This document shows, in pieces, positions 41,523 to 50,605 of a stretch of 64,000 nucleotides of DNA. Origin of the DNA: an uncultured delta proteobacterium (lineage in GTDB: Bacteria; Desulfobacterota; Desulfobacteria; Desulfobacterales; JAFDCJ01). The DNA lies in the NCBI GenBank assembly GCA_963769935.1, contig CAVYNY010000035.1, forward strand, positions 32,001 through 96,000. The letters run 5' to 3'. Below the pieces are notes generated by a model. That model saw nothing but the letters and a program-made list of their open reading frames with translations, was not told the DNA's origin and did no database searches. The position numbers and the translations under genes are program-made. Each line of letters starts with the position of its first letter. Within the stretch, counting starts at the first letter, position 1.

Positions 41523-42629
41523 TTATTGACTTTTACCCCGCAGGTCGATCGGCCACCGGTCAATTACCTTTTCCCCGCGGGTTATATAAAAAAAATCAAA
41601 CTGGTTTATGGTGGGATCGCAGTGGGAGGTCACAACTTCCAGCAATGTTCCGGGCGGCGGCAGGTTGCCGTCCGCGGCGCGGACAAGTTTGCCGTATTCA
41701 TCGCCGAACCAGTCGTATCTCAGATCGGTAAATCCCGGGGAGACGACAAACGGCACGCCGCCATCCCGGTACAGTGATTTCAGGCCGGCATCCACCGTAA
41801 CAAACTCCGGGCGGTTGACGCTGACGACGGCGGTCAGCAGGGTCAGGGCCGGTTTGAAATCGGAGAAGCGGGCGGGATTATCCTGGGCGGCAATGTTTAA
41901 ATATTCGGCATCCATCACCGCGTAGGACCCAACCTGCAGTTCGGTCAGTTCGGGAATTTGGATGTCGATATCATAGGTGCCCGTTCCGGTCCCGCTGAAG
42001 ATCGTACAGGTTGGCGCCTTTTCCTGCAATTTAAGGAATACATCGGCCGCCTGCTGCATGCATGCCAGGGAGGCCTTTTTGCGTTCGGGGTATGACGGAA
42101 TATGCTGCACGAAACCGGCATAAGCCTGAATTCCCTTCAGCCGCAGATTCCCGGCTTTGGAGATGTCTCCGGCCAGTTCCAGTGCGGATTCCGGCAACAC
42201 CCCCGTGCGACCCAATCCCACATCGATATCGATCAATACATCCAGCGAAAGGCGGCGGGCCTGCATGGCTTCATCGAGCCGGCGGACATTGGCGGGATGA
42301 TCGACTACCACCATGACCGTCGCATCTTTTTCCAGGATGGCTGCCAGGCGCTCGATCTTTTGGGCGGTTACCACCGGTCCGGTAATAAGAATTCCCATTA
42401 CACCGGCATCCGCCAGAACTTCAGCTTCAGAAACCTTCGCCGCACATGCACCGACTGCACCGGCCAGGATTTGTTTTTTGGCCAGCAGGGAGCATTTATG
42501 GGTTTTGGCATGCGGCCTGAGATCTTTGCCGGCAGCGCGGGCGGCGGCCTGCATTTTAGTAATGTTTTGCTCCAGGATATCGATATCTATTGTCAGACAG
42601 GGGGTATCAAGTTTGTATTTGTCGTCCAT
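41523..42629 (-). CDS. DSD1 / D-threonine aldolase-like fold-type III PLP enzyme
   Basis: LDTPCL, LRPHAKTHKC (PLP Lys), ELQVGSY, VDAGLKS, SHCDPTIN (metal ligands). Confidence 0.88.
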   Translation of the reverse strand: MDDKYKLDTPCLTIDIDILEQNITKMQAAARAAGKDLRPHAKTHKCSLLAKKQILAGAVGACAAKVSEAEVLADAGVMGILITGPVVTAQKIERLAAILEKDATVMVVVDHPANVRRLDEAMQARRLSLDVLIDIDVGLGRTGVLPESALELAGDISKAGNLRLKGIQAYAGFVQHIPSYPERKKASLACMQQAADVFLKLQEKAPTCTIFSGTGTGTYDIDIQIPELTELQVGSYAVMDAEYLNIAAQDNPARFSDFKPALTLLTAVVSVNRPEFVTVDAGLKSLYRDGGVPFVVSPGFTDLRYDWFGDEYGKLVRAADGNLPPPGTLLEVVTSHCDPTINQFDFFYITRGEKVIDRWPIDLRGKSQ

Positions 42630-42793
42630 ATTGCTCCTGTTTAATTATAAGATCCTAAGATTCAATCAAGGCTTCGCTCGATAGCCGTTGTACGGGTTTT
42701 CGCTCAATCACTAAATAACGAATTCACCAAAGTTAGGCAAACTTCGGCGGACAGCGGCTAACACCTTTAACAACGAACAACTTGTTTTTTTAT

Positions 42794-43669
42794 TTAGCTG
42801 ATTCTTTGTGCCCAGTCAATGACCTCAATCGGCGAGTTGAGAATTGTTGCATTTGCGGTGCGCAAGGCCTGTATTTTGCTTTCAAATGTTCCCTGGGATC
42901 CCCGGATAATAGCGCCGGCGTGGCCCATGCGCTTGCCTTCGGGTGCAAATTTTCCGGCAATGTAGGCGGCCACCGGCTTGTGCATGCCGGCGGCAATGAA
43001 TTGGGCGGCCTCTTCTTCCTGAATCCCGCCGACCTCGCCCACGATCACGACACCATCGGTGGCGGCGTCCCGGTCAAAGAGCTGCAGGAGAGCGCTGAAT
43101 GACGTCAGGGCGACCGGATCGGCACCTTGGCCGACCACCGTGCTCTGACCATATCCGGCACTGGATAAAATCCCCGCCATTTCATAGGACAGGGTCCCGC
43201 TGCGGGAAATTATTCCGATGCGGCCGGGATTGAATAAGGAGGCCGGCATGATTCCCATTTTGGCTTCACCGGGGGTCAGGATACCGGCCGTGGTGGGGCC
43301 TAAGGCCAACAGCCCCCGGTTTGCATGCCTCCGGACATAAGCCTTCATCTTCATCGCATCATGGACCGGGATATGCTCCGGAACCACCACAATCAGGTTG
43401 ATGCCGGCATCAACGGTTTCGACGAAGGCATCCAGCACAAAGGGTGCGGGCACGAAAAACACGGAAGCTTCGGCACCGGTTTTCTCCACCGCTTCCAGCA
43501 CCGAGTCGAACACCGGCACCCCTTCGACGGAAGTTCCCCCTTTACCCGGGGTTACCCCCGCCACGATACCGGTTCCGTAAGCCAGCATCCAGTGCGTCTG
43601 AACCCGGCCGATGCGACCCGTGATGCCCTGCACCAGAACCCGGGTTCTTTTATTTAAAAGAATGCTCAT
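42794..43669 (-). CDS. sucD: ADP-forming acyl-CoA synthetase alpha subunit (SucD-like, divergent)
   Basis: [34 protein letters not shown] (phospho-His). Confidence 0.85.
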   Translation of the reverse strand: MSILLNKRTRVLVQGITGRIGRVQTHWMLAYGTGIVAGVTPGKGGTSVEGVPVFDSVLEAVEKTGAEASVFFVPAPFVLDAFVETVDAGINLIVVVPEHIPVHDAMKMKAYVRRHANRGLLALGPTTAGILTPGEAKMGIMPASLFNPGRIGIISRSGTLSYEMAGILSSAGYGQSTVVGQGADPVALTSFSALLQLFDRDAATDGVVIVGEVGGIQEEEAAQFIAAGMHKPVAAYIAGKFAPEGKRMGHAGAIIRGSQGTFESKIQALRTANATILNSPIEVIDWAQRIS

Positions 43670-44806
43670 GGTTTGGACAATAACTCAATCAACGTCTCCA
43701 CTGCTTTTTCGGTTGCCGCCTCCGTCACCACATGGACGCCGCCGGACCGCAGAATATCCCATGTCTCCGCCTGTCGATTGCCCAGCGCTTTGGCGACAAT
43801 CGGGATACGGACATCATGCTCCTTGATATAGCGGACAATGCCTTTGGCGCCTTCGTGAATCGGATTGATGCCGCCGTACAGATTGATGAATACCGCCCTC
43901 AGCCCTTTTTTCAGTCAGGATCAGATCCATGGTCCGGTATAGAAGTTCTTCGGTAATGGCACCGCCGGTTTCCAGAAAGTTGGCCGGCCGCAGCTTTTGG
44001 CCGATAATGTCCATGGTCGCCATGCCCAGCCCGGCGCCGGATGACATGATGCCGATGTCGCCTTCCAGTTCAACATAGGTGACGCCGATTTCGCGGCCCC
44101 GTTTCTCCAGGCGGCTTTCATTTCCATCCTGATTTGGCGGAATCAGCTTGCCGGTGCGGAAAAGCGACGCGTCGTCGACTTCCAGCTTGGCATCCAGGGC
44201 CATCAGGCTTCCGTTCGTGCAAATCACCAGGGGGTTGATTTCGGCTGTCAGGGCGTTGTAAGTCTCAAATACTCCATACAGCCGCACCAGGGTGTCGGCG
44301 CAGCCGGAGAGTTGCTGCGTGGGGAAGCCGGCCGATTTGAGCAATTGGCGGGCTTCAAAGGCAAAAAGACCCCGGTCGACAGGGACCCCCAGGAAAGATA
44401 TGCCGGTGGGCTCCTGCCGGGCATCTTTTTCGATGTTCATTCCGCCCTTTGGACTGACCATCGCCAGCGGCCGGCCGTTATACCCGTCGATGGTAACGCC
44501 GAGATAGAGTTCCTGGTAAAAATCGACTTTGCGAACCACCATGACCGAGGGGACTTTCATACCCTTAATCCGGGAGCCCAGCAGGCCGGCCGCAACAGTC
44601 CGGGCTTCGTCAGCCGTTGCAACGATTTTCACCCCGCCGGCGAGTCCCCGGCCGCCGGTCGGGACCTGGGCCTTCACCACGGCCGGCAACCCGATCTTTT
44701 TGGCAGCCAAAAAGGCTTCAGCGGGGGTGGCGGCCAGAATTCTCTCCGGCAGCGGGATGCCGAATCCGGAAAAAATAACTGCCGCTTCATACTCATAGAG
44801 GTTCAT
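43666..44806 (-). CDS. sucC: ADP-forming acyl-CoA synthetase beta subunit (SucC-like, divergent); one +1 frameshift at ~43911-43916
   Basis: MNLYEYEA, KAQVPTGGRG, EINPL, DAK, GAGLGMATMD. After the shift it reads KKGLRAVFINLYGGINP...ELLSKP to a TGA that overlaps the sucD ATG. Confidence 0.83.
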
Positions 44807-45765
44807 AATGCTTCCGGATTGGCCACATACAGCGGTCGGCGACCCTGGAGCACGGCGGCCATGTCCTCGGCCATCATCTTAAAGGATTTAAACATCGCCC
44901 GTTTGGACATGCAGATGGCATGGGGTGCGGTCAGGCAATTGTCGAGTTTGAAAATCGGATGGCTCACATCCGGCGGTTCCGGTTCGAATACATCCAGGGC
45001 GGCACCGGCCAGGGGTCCCTCAGTCAGGGCTTCATAAAGGACATCGAGGCTTTCAATAATGGCTCCCCGCGCCAGGTTGATGAGAAAAGCCCCCGGCTTC
45101 ATCAGGCCGAGGCGCTTGCGGTCGATCAGACCCCGGGTGGTTTCATTCAGCAGGGCATGGATCGAGACAAAGTCGGATTTTTGCAACAGTTCTTCCAGTT
45201 CGACCAGCGCTGCATCCTGCTCGCCGACCGCCTTGGCGGAGGTAAAAGGATCGCAGGCCAGCACGGTCATGCCGAAAGGGCGGATCAGCTGCGCCAGCCT
45301 GCAGCCGATTCGGCCGAAGCCGATGATGCCCAAGGTGGCACCTTCCAGATCGCCGGGGCTCTGCTCAAACCGGCTTTTCCAATTTCCCTGCTTGAGCTGC
45401 CTATCCCAGTGGATCATTTTTTTGCTGAGCGCCAGCATGTAGGTCAGGGCCGCTTCGGCCACGGCCTGCGAATTGGCGCCGGGTGTGATGATGACCGGAA
45501 TTTTGCGCGCAGTGGCGGCTTGAATGTCTACCTTGTCGAAGCCCACGCCGGAACGGCCGATCACCTTCAAATCGGACGCCGTGTCGATGACACGCGCACT
45601 GCCGCTGCCGTCGCCCCTCAGCACCAGCCCGACCGCGCCCGCGAGAATCCGCAAAAGTGCGTTTTCGGAGCTGTCCTCGGCCACAACGATTTCGCCGAAG
45701 GGGTTTAAGATCTCAACCGCAACCTCTCCGATCGGGCCGCTGCAGGCGATAGACGGGGAGATCAT
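44803..45765 (-). CDS. D-isomer-specific 2-hydroxyacid dehydrogenase (SerA-like, no ACT domain)
   Basis: GVGFDKVD, GIIGFGRIG, LINLARG, LDVFEPEP, APH. Confidence 0.9.
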   Translation of the reverse strand: MISPSIACSGPIGEVAVEILNPFGEIVVAEDSSENALLRILAGAVGLVLRGDGSGSARVIDTASDLKVIGRSGVGFDKVDIQAATARKIPVIITPGANSQAVAEAALTYMLALSKKMIHWDRQLKQGNWKSRFEQSPGDLEGATLGIIGFGRIGCRLAQLIRPFGMTVLACDPFTSAKAVGEQDAALVELEELLQKSDFVSIHALLNETTRGLIDRKRLGLMKPGAFLINLARGAIIESLDVLYEALTEGPLAGAALDVFEPEPPDVSHPIFKLDNCLTAPHAICMSKRAMFKSFKMMAEDMAAVLQGRRPLYVANPEAL

Positions 45766-45868
45766 GTCTGGAAACCTCGGTCTTATTTATTCAGGTCAAT
45801 TGCTTCCTTCAACGGTGTCGGCATTAACATGCTGTGCCGCCGACACGCCTTCGATAATTGATTACTAA

Positions 45869-46034
45869 AAATTCCAAATAACAAATCTCAAATAACAGAT
45901 AAATCTCAATGACCTAAATTCAAAATTTCAAATGATTAGATGACAGAGCCGCCTTAGTACAAATCAATCGTTTTGGTCATTGATAATTGGGATTTAAGAT
46001 TTATTTGAAATTTGGTTTTTAGAATTTGGGATTT
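45869..46034. repeat. AT-rich imperfect inverted-repeat element (two ~65-bp arms with roughly 7-bp periodicity)
   Basis: Left arm AAATTCCAAATAACAAAT...CAATGACC, right arm GTTTTGGTCATTG...AATTTGGGATTT. Confidence 0.75.
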
Positions 46035-46072
46035 TTAAAGTGCAAATACAAGAGACAGAAAATTTCGGCCTT

Positions 46073-46834
46073 CTATTTGAATTGCTTACAACGCTCCGCG
46101 ATGGATTTCAAGCCTCCCGCCACACATCCGCCGTCGGATCCGACCACCAGGAATGTGTACCCTCTGGCAGTCCAGTCTGCCAGATAATCCAGCTTGGGCA
46201 GCAGAATCCCGGCTGCTTTGCTGTGCTGGCGGCAGGCTGCAGCCACCCTGTCCAGGGCCTGCTCAAATTCCGGGTGTTCAAAGTTTTGGGGAATATGCAT
46301 GTTGACGCTTAGATCCAGCGGGCCGACAAACAAGACATCCACCCCGGCCACCGCTGCAATTTCTTCCGCCCGATCAACCGATTCCTTGGTTTCGATCTGA
46401 ACCACGGTTAAAAGGTTGTCATTGGCCTGTTTAAAATAAGTGTCGAATTCCTGCCCGAAACCGCAGGCCCGATTGAAGCGTGCCACACCGCGGATACCCG
46501 CCGGCGGATACCGCATGGACGCGGCCGCCTGCTCGGCCTCCCGGGCGGAGGTGACATAGGGGACCATAATGCCCGCAGCTCCCAGGTCCAAAACGCGCTT
46601 GAAGCGCGGGGCTTCATTCCAGGCAATCCTCACAATCGCCGGGGCGTTGTGAATGCCGGCCGCCTGAATTTGCGGGATCAGTTCACTGTAGTCGCCGGCC
46701 CCGTGCTCGCAGTCGATCCAGGTCCAGTCGAAGCCGGCCGCGCCGATCATTTCAACGGTCAGGCTGGACCCGAGATTCGCGCCGACGCCCAGCATCATCT
46801 CACCCGCCAACACACGCTTGCGAATAAACTGCAT
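46073..46834 (-). CDS. HpcH/HpaI-family class II pyruvate aldolase
   Basis: GFDWTWIDCEHG, VRIAW, LDLGAAGIMVP, RYPPAGIRG, QIET, FVGPLDLS. Confidence 0.92.
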   Translation of the reverse strand: MQFIRKRVLAGEMMLGVGANLGSSLTVEMIGAAGFDWTWIDCEHGAGDYSELIPQIQAAGIHNAPAIVRIAWNEAPRFKRVLDLGAAGIMVPYVTSAREAEQAAASMRYPPAGIRGVARFNRACGFGQEFDTYFKQANDNLLTVVQIETKESVDRAEEIAAVAGVDVLFVGPLDLSVNMHIPQNFEHPEFEQALDRVAAACRQHSKAAGILLPKLDYLADWTARGYTFLVVGSDGGCVAGGLKSIAERCKQFK

Positions 46835-46925
46835 GTCACCCTCCTTCGCTTTTGGGAAACAATCAGATGGTTGAAAAAAGCCACAAATTGACCCGAATCA
46901 ACACGAATTCATTCCAACGTTGAAA

Positions 46926-47293
46926 ACCTGGTCCTCTGGGCCAGGTCAGAGGAGATTGGCTTTGCCGTGCGCCCATGCCGTGGAGTGATGGCCCGCCCTG
47001 GTGCGACGTACTGAGAATTTAAAGCACGTTTGTCCTGGGTAGAAATAAATAGTTAAAAATAGGGTCATGTTAACGACGGTCTGGGCCAGGGAATATTGGA
47101 ATACTGAAAACCCGCGTTTGCCGGAATGAGATCTGTTTTATGTGGATAGCATGCATCAGAAAAAAAAATCAGACCATCATCCGCTTTTGACTCCCAATAT
47201 TCCATTTTTCCACCGTTCCATTATTCCATGGGTTATCTGGCGGCCAAAACGACTCCTCTATGGTGAAGTCAAAGCCTGGCTCTCTGGGGCACG
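46926..47293. mobile_element. Non-autonomous repeat element (copy A), bounded by CCTGGYYCTCTGGG hairpin-like motifs and carrying a 100-bp insertion
   Basis: Shares GGCTTTGCCG, CGGAATGAGATCTG, CAGACCATCATCCGCTTTTG and GGTGAAKTCAAAGCC blocks, in order, with 55747-56140. Confidence 0.65.
46990..47091. mobile_element. 102-bp element GGCCCGCCCTGGTG...CGGTCTGGGCCAGGG (copy 1)
   Basis: Same length and same termini as 57276-57377. Confidence 0.7.
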
Positions 47294-47310
47294 ATTCTTT
47301 ACTAATGGCT

Positions 47311-47700
47311 CTACTTCCCGCCTCTTGCCTTGAGCGCCTTCTTCAGTTTGGCGACATGATCTTCGCGCGGCGGGCAGAAAATATCGATTCCTTTGAATCC
47401 GACCTTGGTTTGGCCGCCGTGCGGCACATTGGACGGATGCACACACACGTCGCCGGCTTTCATCAAAAAGGTTTCATCGCCGCAGACGTGTTCTTCTTCG
47501 CCTTCCAGCATAATCAGGATTTGCTCGGATTCATGGCTGTGGATGGGAAATACACAACCGGGAGGATTTTCGATGAAGCTGATCAGCATCTTATCACTGA
47601 GCAGCAAATTCGCCATGGAAGGCAACTTCTCGTCTCCGGTCAAATTGACGCGCGGCAAATCCTCGATGCGATAGACATATTTTGAATTCTTTTCGGTCAT
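47311..47700 (-). CDS. Cupin-domain protein
   Basis: FPIHSHESEQI and HPSNVPHG cupin metal motifs; DIFCPPRED. Confidence 0.9.
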   Translation of the reverse strand: MTEKNSKYVYRIEDLPRVNLTGDEKLPSMANLLLSDKMLISFIENPPGCVFPIHSHESEQILIMLEGEEEHVCGDETFLMKAGDVCVHPSNVPHGGQTKVGFKGIDIFCPPREDHVAKLKKALKARGGK

Positions 47701-48155
47701 TTTCGTTCTCCTTATTACAAATTAAATAAAATTGCCAAATAGATATATGAACCTCCGGAATGTTTCAAGAAATAATTATCCAATCTCCTGTATGTTCAAG
47801 TTCGTGCAAATTCAATTCATCGCTAATTATGGCTTTTAGCGCATCGTCATGCATATTTTTCAAGGCTTATTGATTTTGCCGCTTCCACTGCTCGGGGGTC
47901 TTGCTGGTTGTAGAGGATTATTTTCTCCATAGTTGCCTCCTATAGTCCAAATTGCAGCTCAATCACCAGCATACCTAAAGGCAACTGATATATATATGTC
48001 GGTATTGATTGTCCTGAAACTTATTATTATACTAATATTTAATTTTACGCCGGAATTCCGGCATCAAGCAGTGTTCGGTCGCGGGCGGCAAAAGAATTTT
48101 ACAACATCCGGATTTAAATGCCAAGCAAGGCACTGAAAGTTGAAAAGGAGAGCCA

Positions 48156-48962
48156 ATGCCAATCGATCTCGATCAGTTCAAAATTGCCTACGAGAAATGG
48201 GTGGAAGAAAGCCTGCCGGATTATCGGGCGGGCCGCATGCAGGAAATTGTCAAAAAGTATCCTTTCGTGGTCTCAGACGACATCCCCTGGACCCCCTACC
48301 GGGGCCGGCCGTCGGAACAAACCGTTGCGCTGGTTACCAGCGGCGGCCTTTATATCAAGCAAAGCCAGCCGGCTTTCGACACCGAATCCATTCACGGCGA
48401 TCCGTCTTTCCGGGAAATTCCCAAAACCGTGCGCCAGGAAGATCTCGGTTTTGCGCATGCCCATTATGATCACAGCCTGGCGGAGCAGGACTTCAACATC
48501 GTTTTTCCCGTCCAGCGCCTCATCGAACTGGAAAAGGAGGGTATTATCGGCAGGGTGCCGGATACGCTTTACAGCTTCAGCTATGTCAACGACGTGGTAA
48601 CGCTGGTTGCAAAAACGCTGCCGGCCTTCATTGACCGGATCAAGGCCGCCGGTGTCGACGTTCTCTTGCTGGTGCCGGTCTGACCCAAGTGCCATCAGAC
48701 CGTGGGTCTGATCCAGCGGACAGCAGAGGAGGCCGGTATCGTCACTATCTCCATGGGCAATGACGCCGGGCGCATGGCTCACATCAAACCGCCCCGGGCC
48801 TTGCTCGTCAAGTTCGCAAGGGGCAGCATGTTCGGTGAGCCGGGCAATGTCAAACGGCAGCGGCGCATCGTCATGGATGCCCTCGACGCTTTAAAGACCA
48901 TGACCGAGCCGGGCACCATTCGGGAACTGCCTTACCAATGGAAGCGGCCGGATCCTGATTAA
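48156..48962 (+). CDS. prdB: PrdB/GrdB-like selenoprotein (268 aa, Sec176 in V-U-P-K-C)
   Basis: ORFs 48156..48683 and 48702..48962 are in frame and joined by TGA 48681-48683. ALVTSGG, GDPSFREIP, HYD, DFNIVFP, GVDVLLLVPV-U-PKCHQTV...AEEAGI...PPRA follow the D-proline reductase PrdB layout. Confidence 0.88.
48694..48712 (+). promoter_or_regulatory. Candidate bacterial SECIS hairpin ATCAGACC-GTG-GGTCTGAT
   Basis: Perfect 8-bp stem with a G-containing apical loop, beginning at the 11th nt after the in-frame UGA. Confidence 0.75.
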
Positions 48963-49451
48963 TCCGCATTAATCCGCCACCGAAAAAATTCTAAGTGTGG
49001 TAAATTGCTTTCTGCCAACCGAAAAAAGTTGTTAAATCCGAGCTCCCGGCGGATTAATTGCCAAATGCTGCGCATTTATTTTTAGATATTATATCAGACA
49101 TGTGAATATAAGAAGACGTAACCGATATTAAGAAGCTGAAATCCAGATCAGAAAACCGCCACTTGCAGAAAGTAAACCGGCGAGCCATCATTGACCCGGC
49201 AGCGTGATTCGAAAGCGATGGGGTCTGCCTGCCGTTAGGGGCTAAAAATTGCCGAAATTGCCCAGCCGTGGGTGCCTAAAAAAAAAGGACCGGCATCAAA
49301 TTTCAGTTGCAAAAAAAGCAGTTTGTCCCGATAATGGCGCTGCTCAGCCATCCACGGGCATGGATATTCTCGGGCACGGGTATTCTGAAATCAGGAGCCC
49401 CGTAGTATGTCGGGTTAACCCGGTTTTTTTTGAATAAGAGTGTAAAATAAC

Positions 49452-50605
49452 ATGAACGACAATCCAGAGCGCGCACCCAAACGACACTGGTGGCGGCTGC
49501 TGATCACGGCGTTTGTTCTGCTGGGCGCCACGGCGGCCTTTGTCTTGCAGAATCGCAGCGACGGCCGGCCGCCGGAACGGACAGAGCCTGAGGCCGTTGC
49601 GGTCATGGCTGCCGCCGCCGTCCAAAAGACGGTACCGGTTCAGCTGACGGCCATCGGAACGGTGGAGAGCTATGCCTCGGTTTCGATTAAATCCCGCATT
49701 TCGGGACAGCTGGTGCAGGTTCATTTTAAAGAAGGCCAGGACGTCTCCAAAGGAGATTTGCTGTTTACCATTGATCCCCGTCCCTACGAAGTCGCGCTCA
49801 AAGAAGCCCAGGCCAGACTCGCAAAAGACAAGGTGCTGGCCGAGAAGGCGGAGATAGATGCCCGACGCTATGCCGATCTGGCCGGAAAAGATTTCGTCAG
49901 CAAAGACAAATCCGAACAATTTCGAGCCAATGCAGCGGCCCTCAAGGCAGACGCTGGAGGGCGACAAGGCGGCCGTCGAAAATGCGCGCCTGCAGCTTAG
50001 TTACTGCTACATCAGTGCACCCTTCAGCGGTCGCACCGGCAGCCTGCTGGTGGATGAAGGCGCGCAGATCAAGGCCAACGATGATCACGGCCTGGTGGAC
50101 ATCATGCAAATCGCGCCGATCTACGTAAGTTTTTCCGTTCCGCAACAGGATCTGGGCCGCATCCAACGGCGCATGAAGCAAGCAATGCTGCCGGTGGCGG
50201 CCTTTCTGCCGGACGGTTCAACGGCTCCCGAACAGGGAAATCTGACCTTTCTCGACAACCGGGTCAGCAGCGACACGGGTACGATCGGGCTGAAAGCCAC
50301 ATTTGCCAACCCCGACCGCCGCTTGTGGCCCGGTCAATTCGTCGACGTGGTGCTGACCTTGACCACCCGGCCGGATTCGATCGTCGTGCCTTCCGAGGCG
50401 GTTCAAACCGGTCAGCAAGGGACTGTTCGTCTATGTCATTAAACCGGACATGACCGTCGAGTCCCGGCCGGTGGCGGTGGCCATGACGCTCGGCAGCGAA
50501 ACGGTGATCGACAGCGGGGTATCGCCCGGGGAGCAGGTGGTGACCGACGGGCAGTTTCGGCTTGTTCCGGGCTCACTGGTCCAAATTCGCAAGACGGAGA
50601 GCTGA
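49452..50605 (+). CDS. RND efflux periplasmic adaptor (MdtA-like); two +1 frameshifts (~49948 and ~50420)
   Basis: AIGTVES...ISGQLVQVHFKEGQDV...IDPRPY, ISAPFSGRTG, LWPGQFV, then FVYVIKPD...VVTDGQ to a TGA overlapping the next ATG. Confidence 0.85.

Noticed and set aside
44803..45765. Housekeeping serA
   Set aside because: It lacks the C-terminal regulatory domains and sits in a catabolic-looking cluster, so it was left as a family-level call.
48702..48962. Separate 86-aa gene
   Set aside because: It is the in-frame C-terminus of the PrdB-like selenoprotein, and its GTG start is the loop of the SECIS-like hairpin.
48968..49058. 11-bp inverted repeat ATTAATCCGCC / GGCGGATTAAT after the selenoprotein gene
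   Set aside because: Single occurrence with a long spacer; cannot distinguish a terminator, a small MITE or chance.
49140..49330. Possible riboswitch or ncRNA upstream of the RND operon (also considered at 56650-57060 and 60640-61400)
   Set aside because: Some short stems are present but no family consensus I can recognise. An Rfam/Infernal scan would be needed.
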